DNA of 64,000 nucleotides from Ostrea edulis. Taxonomy: Eukaryota. The translations under genes were made by a program, and so were the position numbers. The notes beneath the pieces were generated by a model that saw only the letters and a program-made list of their open reading frames with translations, had not been told where the DNA came from and ran no database searches. The DNA is taken from the NCBI RefSeq assembly GCF_947568905.1, contig NC_079171.1, positions 59,582,001-59,646,000 on the forward strand, written 5' to 3'. Position 1 is the stretch's first letter. Each line of letters begins with the position of its first letter. Shown here one piece after another: positions 29,290 to 38,259 of this stretch.

Positions 29290-29490
29290 GAGTGTATCTT
29301 AACTTTACCAGAGAGATAATTCCCCACAAATGAAATGTATACCTTAATATATAAATAGAAAGGCAAATAAGAGTACCAATCACATGTATGATTAACATTG
29401 GTAGCTTAAACATTAAATTATCAAAAACTTACCTAAACCCTCAGTCTTCAGAATGAGGAGTCCAAAACACAGTAGATATGTGAACGACAT
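500..29490 (-). CDS. Gene 2: signal peptide + F-type lectin/F5-8C-like domain + MEGF10/SCARF-like EGF repeats (3'-incomplete)
   Basis: 11 exons, all joined in phase 1. Product could be a scavenger-type receptor or another EGF-RPTP; its 3' end is not in the window. Confidence 0.85.
949..1083 (-). CDS. Gene 2 EGF exon 10
   Basis: [18 protein letters not shown]; 135 nt, cag/gtatg. Confidence 0.9.
1661..1791 (+). mobile_element. Penelope-like 3' UTR fragment
   Basis: gatgcttactcctcctaggcacctgatccc..caccttgca; related degenerate bits at 2119-2234, 18172-18270, 33880-33990. Confidence 0.85.
3166..3300 (-). CDS. Gene 2 EGF exon 9
   Basis: [18 protein letters not shown]; 135 nt, cag/gtaag. Confidence 0.9.
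3414..4012 (-). mobile_element. Same Penelope-like family, 3' fragment(s)
   Basis: [22 protein letters not shown] plus 3' UTR. Confidence 0.8.
4105..4700 (+). mobile_element. CR1/L2-group LINE ORF2 remnant
   Basis: [51 protein letters not shown]. Confidence 0.72.
4705..4754. repeat. (GA)n microsatellite
   Basis: Direct observation. Confidence 0.95.
5690..6075 (-). mobile_element. Same Penelope-like family, degenerate
   Basis: Similar to 3640-4010. Confidence 0.65.
6730..6965 (+). mobile_element. Same Penelope-like family, degenerate RT core
   Basis: DIEKML..QVFQQ..GIPM remnants. Confidence 0.55.
6968..7249. mobile_element. Same SINE family with inverted 5' part
   Basis: 3' part on minus strand 6968-7141, 5' part on plus strand 7147-7249. 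Confidence 0.8.
7342..7477 (-). pseudogene. Gene 2 EGF exon 8 with +1 frameshift
   Basis: 136 nt; a G5 run (plus strand 7390-7394) where G4 restores [18 protein letters not shown]; splice sites intact. Confidence 0.8.
7805..7939 (-). CDS. Gene 2 EGF exon 7
   Basis: [18 protein letters not shown]; 135 nt. Confidence 0.9.
8330..9264 (+). mobile_element. Penelope-like RT (no C-terminal endonuclease; Naiad-like), 5'-truncated and frameshifted
   Basis: [45 protein letters not shown], stop, then conserved 3' UTR. Confidence 0.85.
9405..9539 (-). CDS. Gene 2 EGF exon 6
   Basis: [18 protein letters not shown]; 135 nt. Confidence 0.9.
10265..10393 (-). CDS. Gene 2 EGF exon 5
   Basis: [17 protein letters not shown]...PHCS; 129 nt. 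Confidence 0.88.
10743..10877 (-). CDS. Gene 2 EGF exon 4
   Basis: [18 protein letters not shown]...PPHCN; 135 nt. Confidence 0.88.
11150..11582 (+). mobile_element. Same Penelope-like family, degenerate 3' part
   Basis: gatcgttataac..ccgattgttaagccgttcttg..gtgtgacc..ggggatgcttact. Confidence 0.65.
12562..12810 (-). CDS. Gene 2 exon 3, lectin-like domain C-half
   Basis: [23 protein letters not shown]; 249 nt, phase 1-1. Confidence 0.9.
14718..15290 (-). mobile_element. Same Penelope-like family, 3' fragment
   Basis: Reverse complement of ~8690-9260. Confidence 0.88.
15398..15447. repeat. (TA)n microsatellite (others near 27480, 29247, 46617, 56432, 58516, 60573)
   Basis: Direct observation. 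Confidence 0.95.
15583..15620 (-). ncRNA. Minimal type I hammerhead ribozyme (PLE left arm)
   Basis: Exact reverse complement of 17571-17608. Confidence 0.85.
17571..17608 (+). ncRNA. Minimal type I hammerhead ribozyme (PLE right arm)
   Basis: atcta-CTGACGA-gccc gca gggc-GAAA-gcgc-TA-tagat. Confidence 0.85.
18700..18951 (-). CDS. Gene 2 exon 2, lectin-like domain N-half
   Basis: NLAQ..SQSSTY..ADKAVDG..TCSFT..AWWK; 252 nt, phase 1-1 (an alternative tag acceptor lies nearby). Confidence 0.88.
19330..19600 (-). mobile_element. LINE ORF2 C-terminal remnant
   Basis: [18 protein letters not shown]-(shift)-HYILQC; a possible ORF1 end ([10 protein letters not shown]) lies at 20180-20260 on the same strand. 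Confidence 0.6.
23890..24510 (+). mobile_element. Second Penelope-like GIY-YIG endonuclease remnant
   Basis: [60 protein letters not shown]. Confidence 0.85.
25159..26112. mobile_element. Non-autonomous TIR element (MITE) with internal ~155-bp tandem duplication
   Basis: 32-bp TIR gggtagtttcgtcccaattacctattcgcacc / ggtgcgaataagtaatcgggacgaaaccaccc. Confidence 0.75.
26797..26858 (+). mobile_element. Retrozyme-family fragment
   Basis: agacattatttgtcgaaatgcgcatccggtgcatcaaaattggtaccg. Confidence 0.75.
27110..27373 (+). mobile_element. tRNA-related SINE with Meta/Deu(Nin)-like core and (ATCA)n tail
   Basis: ttgtcgtaagaggtgactaaa..tccttcggatgagacc..accgagg..caggtgtg..(atca)n; family assignment from memory of Deu-domain consensus. 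Confidence 0.75.
27515..28520 (-). mobile_element. Tandem multimer of the retrozyme-like repeat (3 hammerhead sites) with a nested SINE
   Basis: Hammerhead-like sites near 27536-27580, 27875-27920 and 28478-28520. Confidence 0.8.
28015..28262 (-). mobile_element. Same SINE family, inserted in the retrozyme multimer
   Basis: (gatt)n tail at 28015; family body. Confidence 0.8.
29433..29490 (-). CDS. Gene 2 exon 1, signal peptide [19 protein letters not shown]
   Basis: ATG, hydrophobic core, G|gtaagt phase-1 donor matching the next exon. Confidence 0.78.
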
Positions 29491-29511
29491 CGTCTGAGCT
29501 GTTTTGATTGT

Positions 29512-29571
29512 CACTTCCGCCTTGCACAATTGTCAAGGAATACTTGTACTGTCCTGATAGAAATAAGATAA
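29512..29571 (-). promoter_or_regulatory. Candidate proximal promoter/5' UTR motifs of gene 2 (ETS GCGGAAGTG, two GATA)
   Basis: Motif matches 22-81 nt upstream of the ATG; short motifs, weak evidence. Confidence 0.25.
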
Positions 29572-29951
29572 CCGTTCATGCATTGGTATCAAAAGTTATC
29601 ACCTGTAACGCCATTATTGATTTTTTTTATAATGGGTATCTCGAGGTTCCCCCCAACAATTGTATTGCAATCTTTTTTGTTCATACCTACCCCACTGCTA
29701 CCCTAGTATACATTGTGCGGCATTTTGTGAAAATGATTCGACAGTCACATATTTTTTTTTACTTTTTGTACAATTTACTGATTTGAACATTTTAGCAGAT
29801 GAAACCTGGCTGTTCCAGATGTATTTCATCATAGCATTCGACTAACTTTTGTATATCCTGCATATTTTATTTGTTTTGCTTCAGCAATGTAGTTGCTCTA
29901 CGAATAATTGGAATACTTACCAATGTAATTGTTATGCTTAAAAGCAAAGTA

Positions 29952-30310
29952 CAATGCAAGGTGAATATAACGAACAGTGATCAATCTCATAACTCCTACA
30001 AGCAATACAAAATAGATATTTGGGCAAACACGGACCCCTGGACACACCAGAGGTGGGATCAGATGCCTAGGAGGAGTAAGCATCCCCTGTTGACCGGTCA
30101 CACCCGTCAAGAGTCGTATATACTGGTCAGGTAAACGGAGTTATCCGCAGTCAAAATCAGTGTGCCAAGAACGGCTTAACAATCGGTATGAAACACGTCA
30201 GACAGCATTTGACCCAATAATAGGTTGTATTGACGCACGCGATCGTTATAGCGACCATATTATTTACGAAATGATTACTTCTATCGAGACTATGGAAACC
30301 CCTTGGCGAC
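29952..30310 (-). mobile_element. Penelope-like 3' fragment
   Basis: Family consensus, reverse orientation. Confidence 0.85.
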
Positions 30311-30573
30311 GTCAAGATCGCTTAATATATCACTTGTTTACAAACATTTCAATCTAGAGATAAATCTAACGGAGAGACGGTACGTTTTGTAAAGGATACA
30401 GAAAAGGGACATGTTACCGGTCATTGAAGATGTTATGCGAAGTTTCCGCCAATTTGTCTTTATACTATCTTTCATCTTCTCGACATGAAGATTCATTATA
30501 TGATTTCCTTTATAAGTTTAAGTATTTTCTAGTGGCAATCACACTATAATCCGTATATCGCATTGGTAAGCTC

Positions 30574-30810
30574 ATTTGTCGAAATGCGCATCTGGTGCAT
30601 CAAAAATAGCACCGTATAAGTTTTACATTATGATCCCTGGGTCGAGGCCTCTGCTGGTGGACTGTTAGTCCCCGAGGATCTCTACAGCCCAGTAGCTAAT
30701 TACTTCGTTACTAGTTTAAAAACTCGGATGTATATTTAATTGCTGTTATAAAATTTAGAAATTAATTTCAAAATTGAGGATTATCCCGCTTAAGCATAAC
30801 TCTTATCCTT
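30574..30810 (+). mobile_element. Retrozyme-family fragment
   Basis: Matches the 5' two-thirds of the 44549 monomer. Confidence 0.8.
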
Positions 30811-30904
30811 ATACCTTCATTATTACCTAACACTCTCAACACTCTGTAAAATGAAAAGAAGGTCGTGCTTCTGTATGCTATCTATATAAACAATGACGTT
30901 CTGA

Positions 30905-31125
30905 TCCCGTGGAGTTCTAGGATAGGGCATGTCCGAAGTAACCCTTGCTTGTCGTAAGAGGTGACTGAAGGGTGATTGTCATCCGGATGAGATCACCAAC
31001 ACCGAGGTTTTGTGTCATTACAGGTGTGAAAAATATTCCTCACTGCTCAAAGGGCGTAAGCGCTGATCATTGGCCTAAATTTTCAGTGCGTCACTAGTGA
31101 ACAATTTTCTTGCAAGACGTTATCA
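30905..31125 (+). mobile_element. Same SINE family, degenerate (further fragments at 24516-24574 + and 52185-52302 -)
   Basis: cccttgcttgtcgtaagaggtgact..ggatgagatc..accgagg. Confidence 0.7.
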
Positions 31126-32643
31126 TTACGTAACCAAACAACCATACCGTTCTGTAAATTGTCGTCAATCAAACAATATATGTATCACGCCAAGACCCGC
31201 CTCCGAGCCACGGTGGAGGACGGGTGTATTCTCCAATATTCAGTCAATTACCATTTCATTCTTATTATATCCTATGCACTTCTAATTCTATATATTTCCT
31301 TATCCCGTGCGTGCATGTTTCAACCTTTAAATCATTCTACTTCCCCACGTGTACAGTGACGCTCGGTGAGCGAACGATGAAAGCACGGGGAACGAACAGT
31401 GAGCGAACGGTGAACATATGCAGAGCGAACGGTGAGTGCACAGTGAACGCAAGCAATGCAAACCCTGAACGCAATTTGGTAATCGTTAAGGAAATGGTGA
31501 ACAATGAGCGCACAGTGAAAGCAAAATGGTCGATTCATTTGGTGTTACTTCCTTATTTTATAATCAGGTAGGGAATATGTATATGAATACATCTGATTGT
31601 TCGTTTTTGTAAAAGTACTGGACGTATATATTTCTCATGAACTGATCGTAAATTTCACACCAATGCACGCAATAATCATGCACAAAGAAAAGAAAATGTT
31701 TGTGTACATTATTTACAGCATCACATGTACAGATGCATGCATACATGAACAGTAGAAACATATTTTCGATAGTATTCAAAGTCATTGACGTTTTTATATA
31801 TATATTATGAATATTGGGCGGATCAAATAGGTAAACGACATGTACAAGTATTCTAATTTGACTTCACCTACATGGTGTTTAATTTCTCAATAAGAGAGTA
31901 TAAACAATGTATGTGAAATAAAGGTAGTCTAATGATTCAGTCAGAATGATTACGGATGTATATGTATGACTTCAAAATGTACGAGCGCGGTTGTTGGGAT
32001 TAGATGTAATTAAAAAACATCCCCGAAAGGAGTCAAGGAAATACATTAAACAAACAGCACGGGTAGTATGTTGACACCTGAACGCTTCCAAATAGTATCA
32101 ACGGTATATTCCCACGTTGATTTTGTGTAATTCACTATATTGCAAATACATGTCAAGCATGTCGACTTGAGAAAACAATCCCATAATCAATGTTTGTATA
32201 AACCGTTTAGCGAGACCATGGATTTACATTTAGATTGTGCAATATTTGCATATTTTTGACGTAGATAACTGTTTATTATACAGAAATGCACGTCTATTGT
32301 ATCTGAGGCAGAATGTACAAGAAAAACAATACATCTTTTCATTATATACCCATCAATGTATCGCTCTTTGATACTGTGGATTTCACAGCGTGTGATCCGG
32401 TTTTCCGGATCACCACACTGGTTTTCTGATTCCGTATCAGTATCCTCTGAAACTGATGCTGTCACAATGACGTCACAATACATCAACGCAACGTTATTTG
32501 TGGAAAATATTGACCGCATCAAAACAAAACTGCGTATACAAAACATGATTTCATGATATGTCTGTTTTTGATAATTTTGATTACATTTATTAACTTATAA
32601 ATCCGGATTTTAAATGCATAAGGGGGTATATAATAAATTTATC

Positions 32644-32800
32644 ATTACTACAGTATATTGATCCGAAGAGTTGGATCATGTCGAATTGAGAGGCTTGAAT
32701 CATCAGATTAAACTTGACGCTTCGCGTTTCGTGCGATCTGATGATTCACGACCGTCAACTCGACGTGATCCGACTCTTCTGATCAAGTTTCTGTAGTAAT
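32644..32800. repeat. 157-bp imperfect palindrome
   Basis: attactacag..gatccgaagagttggatcatgtcga..gaatcatcagat / atctgatgattc..tcgacgtgatccgactcttctgatc..ctgtagtaat. Confidence 0.8.
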
Positions 32801-34007
32801 AATATATATTATAGACAAACGATAGAAAAGTTTCAAATTTGAGGAAATGGTAAGTGCATTTATTGACAATATTTTTCATAAATATAGGCGAAAAGGAAAT
32901 CGGGAATACATGCGAACTGAGTTTGACATTCGGGATTCGATTGTAGCATCGAGTTAAGAAAAAAATGGGCTTCTCAAAATTCTTGTCAAGTGAGACAAAA
33001 TAAAATATGATAAATTGTGTTCTTGTCCAAACTTGAAAATGCTAAAATGATAATTCAGGAGGGGATGTATTTATTAACTGAAACTGCCTCATTTTTATAC
33101 ATGTTCCAACGCCCGTTCCTCGTTACATCTACATGTATCAGTGTTGAATTCACAAGTGCAGACACTTACATCTTTTTCTCTCATCCAGTACGTCTCACTT
33201 TTAAAGCAAACTCTTTTTGTATTAATAAAAATGATGTATTCTATTCCTTGATATTGATAGAGTTATCTGAAATTTTCCTTGAATATTTGCAGTTTATAAT
33301 CCTGGCATTTGTATTTTATAGATTATTCTTACGTTCATGTTCCTTTTTTTCATTTTTGCAATGCCATGAACATTGATCATTTAACTTTGGTGTCCCGAAT
33401 GACAGTAAACAGTGCATACATAGTAAACGCTTTGTGAACGGGTGGTGAGCGCAAAAAAATCAACAGAGAAGAACGCGAGGAGAGCGAACGGTAAATATGT
33501 AACGTGGATGAAAGGAAATTGGTAAAGTAGAACGTTGCAGGGACTGTGTCACGTGATGCTTTTTCTCATTGTACTCTTCGTATCATATCGTAGCACAGAC
33601 GTACCACATCGTCTCATACGATGGTCCGATCGTACCCTATGTTTTTACCGTAGTTCTCTTGTAACAACTTGTATCATGTATGTTATGTGGCTTATATTAT
33701 CATACATAACACATTAATTCACGTTAAGGATACCAATACTTTATTGGGATTCCGGGTCATCAGCCATATACATGCTCTTTCTTGACAATCACAAGTAGAA
33801 AATAATGATGACATATGACACTTCGCATAAACTAAATAAATACATTGTAAATAAGTAAAGAGAATAAATATCCAATCAGGATATAGGGTTCACGGCGGGT
33901 GTGACCTGTCAACAGGGATTGCTTACTCCTCCTAGACAATACAGTCTTGATACCACTTCCAGTTTGTTCATGGGTCCGGGTTTGCCCAACTAGCTATTCT
34001 ATGTAAC

Positions 34008-34277
34008 TATATACTTCGTTGCCAGCTTGAAAATACGGATGTATATTTAATTGCTGTGCTAAAATTTAGAAATTCATTTCAAAATTAAGGATTATATCCC
34101 TCATGCATAGTTCTTATCCTTGAACGAATTTGATTCCACTTTTTGGCACTCTGCTTTTCGCTAAAATGGCTCTTAAAATTCATTGTTACTTCGGATTTGA
34201 GAACTTTCGGTTGAGCATCACTGAGGATGCATTATTTGTCGAAATGCGCAGTTGATGCATCAAAATTGGTACCATAT
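34008..34277 (+). mobile_element. Retrozyme-family fragment (degenerate hammerhead)
   Basis: Matches the 3' part of the monomer; stem II mutated. Confidence 0.78.
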
Positions 34278-34546
34278 ATTAAGTGTCACATAAGAGAGCA
34301 AATCCCGATTCACAAAGTGTAAAGGATAATATTGTAAGCGTTTACATGCTTCCCCCACTAATCGTAGTCTATTTATCTCATGGTAGTATTTAAAGATTTG
34401 TTAACATACCATTCAAACAACACATAACGTTAATTGAAATTACTGAAACTGATTTTGTGTCACCGTTGGTGATGGCTATTTCAATGACAAAATTAATAAA
34501 TAAAAATCCTTTTTATTGATATGTCATAACATTGTCCAAATTATAT

Positions 34547-35575
34547 AATGCAAGGTGAAGATAACGAACAGTGATCAATCTCATAACTCCTATAAGCAAT
34601 ACAAAATAGATAGTTGGGCAAACACGGACCCCTGGACACACCAGAGGTGGGATCAGGTGCCTAGGAGGAGTAAGCATCTCCTGTTGACCGGTCACACCAA
34701 CCGTGAGCCATATATCCTGATCAGGTAAACGGAGTTATCCGCAGTCAAAATCAGTGTGCCAAGAACGGCTTAACAATCGGTATGAAACACGTCAGACAGC
34801 AATTGACCCAATCTGAGGTTGTATTGACGAACTAGGTCGTTATAACGACCATAGAATTTGCGAAATGCTGACTTCAATCGAGACTGTTGAAACCCCTGTA
34901 CCATCAATTTGTTTGTCAGTAGCTTACCTTGATTTAAAACTGACTATACGTAGAACAAGCTCTTGCATATCGAATCAGTTGAGATATATAAACATTATAT
35001 GCATGTGATGATGGAATATCGCTACATAGATATGGGAAGTTGACGATGGGGAAAATTGAAATCATCCCGTTTGTCATACAGCTGAGTTGTTAGTTTGCCA
35101 TTAATATATACTTTCAATAAAATATCTAAGTGTGAAGCAGAAGTGGACGACTCTGTGGTGTCCTTTATTTCGAGCTCAAAGGGATATATCAAATCGACAG
35201 ATGAATGAAAGCTATATTGTTAATAGACAAAACGTCATCGATATATCTAAATGTCGAGTTGAAGGACACGGCGAGAGATCGTTTCTTCTCGCGTAGAAGT
35301 TTTTGAATAAATTCTGCTTCATATGAATATAGAAACAAGTCTGATAACAAAGGAGCACACTTTGTGGCCATGGGAATTCCACAAGACTGTTGGAAGACCT
35401 GATCACTAAAGACCACGAGGATATTGTCAATGAGGAACTCTGGCATATTTTTTATTTTAACTTCAGAGAACTTGTGCGTTGAATCAGAGTGGTATTTAAC
35501 AAAGTAAGTTATATATAATATGTTGCATTGCTTGTAGGAGTTATGAGATTGATCATTGTTCGGTATCTTCATCTT
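34547..35575 (-). mobile_element. Same Penelope-like RT family, ~1 kb, with an inverted 3'-tail fragment at 35525-35575
   Basis: [37 protein letters not shown]. Confidence 0.85.
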
Positions 35576-36616
35576 TCCTTTGTTAAACTATATTCGACTT
35601 TTTCAAATGCACAGTGTTATTCTAATGATCTACTCGGGATAGACGCCCTATAATTATGAGGAATTAATATCAAAATTACTTTTATCCTGATAATATCAAC
35701 TTAAGATATGGGTCAATATGTAATAGAATGACAACGAAAGGAACAATTGCTTAGTTTCGAAAGTCGCCATCCTATTTTATATCGAGTCAAATGTTTTCTG
35801 ATGTGTTATTAACGATTACACCCTTCTTTAGAGAACGGTTTTATTAGGGGTTATTCCGTGTACTTGATCAAGATAAAGGGATCATGGGTGGTGTGCAGGT
35901 AAACAATGAATGCTTACTCCTTCTAGGCACTTGACTCATCCCCTGGCATACCTAAAGGTGTCCATGTTTGTCCAACTCTTAAAGACCCAACTTTAAGTTA
36001 ACGCCCCCAAATTTTACCTGTGTCGCGATCAATGATAAGCCGTTGGTCAATCAAACTTTTAACAATAGAGCTTAGGTTGATTGACGTTTGCAGAGACCGT
36101 GGTCTACAGCTACCTGAGAGAGATGTTTTGACAACAATCATGGCTAATGATGACCGGCAGTCTTCAGATCTCGAGGAAAGCCCCAGTATATCTGAGTTTT
36201 GATAGCATTGACTCGCACCTAGAATATTTTAATTTCTAACGTCCCCTATACAATGCAATTTATCATCGTATTTTCTCTCTCCATCTTTATACATGTATTA
36301 TAGATTAAACAATCAGAAATCAAACAATAATAATAATAAAAAAAACAAAACAAACACAAGCTATTGGAATATAATCTATTAATGATTTATTGTGGCTTTA
36401 TATTTATAAAAACATGAACAATTCTTTATTGGCGCAGCACATCAACATGTATAATGGTTATATTGCCCATGCGTAAAACTGTTACAGTAGTTTTAAAAAT
36501 GCTTCTGTTTGAGATACCACATGGATTATAAATTACACAATCAGAAATCAAACAACAGTAAAAAGGTATAAATAAGTTATTGAGATATTTCTATTTATAA
36601 TTTATCACGGCTTTAT

Positions 36617-36619
<3 letters not shown>

Positions 36620-36679
<60 letters not shown>
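36620..36679. repeat. (GA)n microsatellite
   Basis: Direct observation. Confidence 0.95.
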
Positions 36680-36682
<3 letters not shown>

Positions 36683-38187
36683 CGTGTCAGCTTCTGTTTG
36701 GGATACCACCATACGCAAACACTACACCTACAGAGACCCTACAGACGGTCCATATTGAGGGGTATCTTGACCATTCTTCATTTGGTTGTACATGTGCACA
36801 GATCTACTTGGATTTATTCATTCTCTCGAAACATGGATATTTTAACTACTACACCCACGACACCGCGAACTCCCAGGACACCAGGAAGTACCTGGAAACG
36901 CCGGGTAATATCATATTTCGGAAACTATTTATATACGATACATAACAATTTAATTAGAAGTTTTAAAAAGCAAAGGTTAGGAAATGGGCTAAACCTGTCA
37001 TTTTCAATGCATAAATATGACCACGTTTGAAGGTTTACGGGAAATAGAAATGCGGTATGCATGTAGGTAGAAATTTGAATTATTATTTTTTTTGCACAAA
37101 TCAAGACACTAAGCATAATTTGTAATAACCTGAGAAATTTCCTGTGTATATCATAAAAGTATACACAACAACCGATCTCTTGGCCAGGTGAATTCCAGGT
37201 AAATAACATTGACCATGGAAAAGCTCCGCCCACATTCAGTCATCCGTGGAGCAACCGTACGGTGTTTTGGGGGTCTTTAAGGCTGTATTCTTTATGGGAA
37301 TTATGAAATTAATCATCTGCTCGTTATTTTGCTCTTTTTGTTTCTCAAAACTTTGGTTTTCGAATCAAAAGTAGCCAAAACTAGCAGTAACATTACATAT
37401 GACGTCCAACAATCCACAAAGCACGTGTATGGCTATGATTTCTTTCCCAATTTCAATTCAAACTTGTTTGTCTTTCAGTTAAATAAAACAATCCTTTGGA
37501 TACAAAAATAATAGCTAACTTTACTAATTCATACGAGTACCTGGTACCATCAACAAATATTTCCTCATAAAATTTAGTATCACTATTTACATTCATGTCC
37601 GATGTGGAATTTATTATCTACAACATTCAAACTTTCTCTCAAAAGGCAAACACAAGCTCAAGTTTATTTTGATCAAACGATTGTCTTTATTTTTACTGCA
37701 AGTAAAATATAAACATAATAGTTGCATAATCATTACACTACGAATTAATTTTGATTGTTTAAAACTACATACATTGCAGAATGATTGCATAGAGCTGTAT
37801 TTAAATAGGCAGGACATTGGCAGCAATGCATCTTAGATAGATGGATATATTTAGATAAAATATAGAATGAAATAGTAAATAAAAGGTATATGCCTTTTAA
37901 CCTGGACTAATAAAGTAAGCATCTCATAAATAGTTTAATAAATCATGTCTTAAGTACGACCATGTCTAAAGATTAAACAAATGGCATATGATTGATAATT
38001 AAGGTAATGTTCTTGATCTTGGTAATATTTCGATACATATTAGTAACGTAAATGATATATTGAAGAAAAAAGCAACAAGCAATAGGGGATATACCATGAA
38101 TGGTGTGTATAACATTCAATGTTAGTAATGGTTGTAGATCATTTTTGTTATTAAATGCGATGTAAAATGTCAACAAGTACTATGTTT

Positions 38188-38259
38188 TCAAAGATTGGCA
38201 TATATTCCTTCTGCAGCCGTTGACTGTGACACTAGTTGATAGCATCTTTTATATTCCTC
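38188..38259 (-). CDS. Gene 1 terminal exon (EEYKRCY...EGIYANL*)
   Basis: tag acceptor, 24 codons including TGA. Confidence 0.9.
   Translation of the reverse strand, partial: EEYKRCYQLVSQSTAAEGIYANL

Noticed and set aside
36698-37030. 110-aa plus-strand ORF after the (GA)n tract
   Set aside because: No recognisable domain or supporting exons; unresolved.
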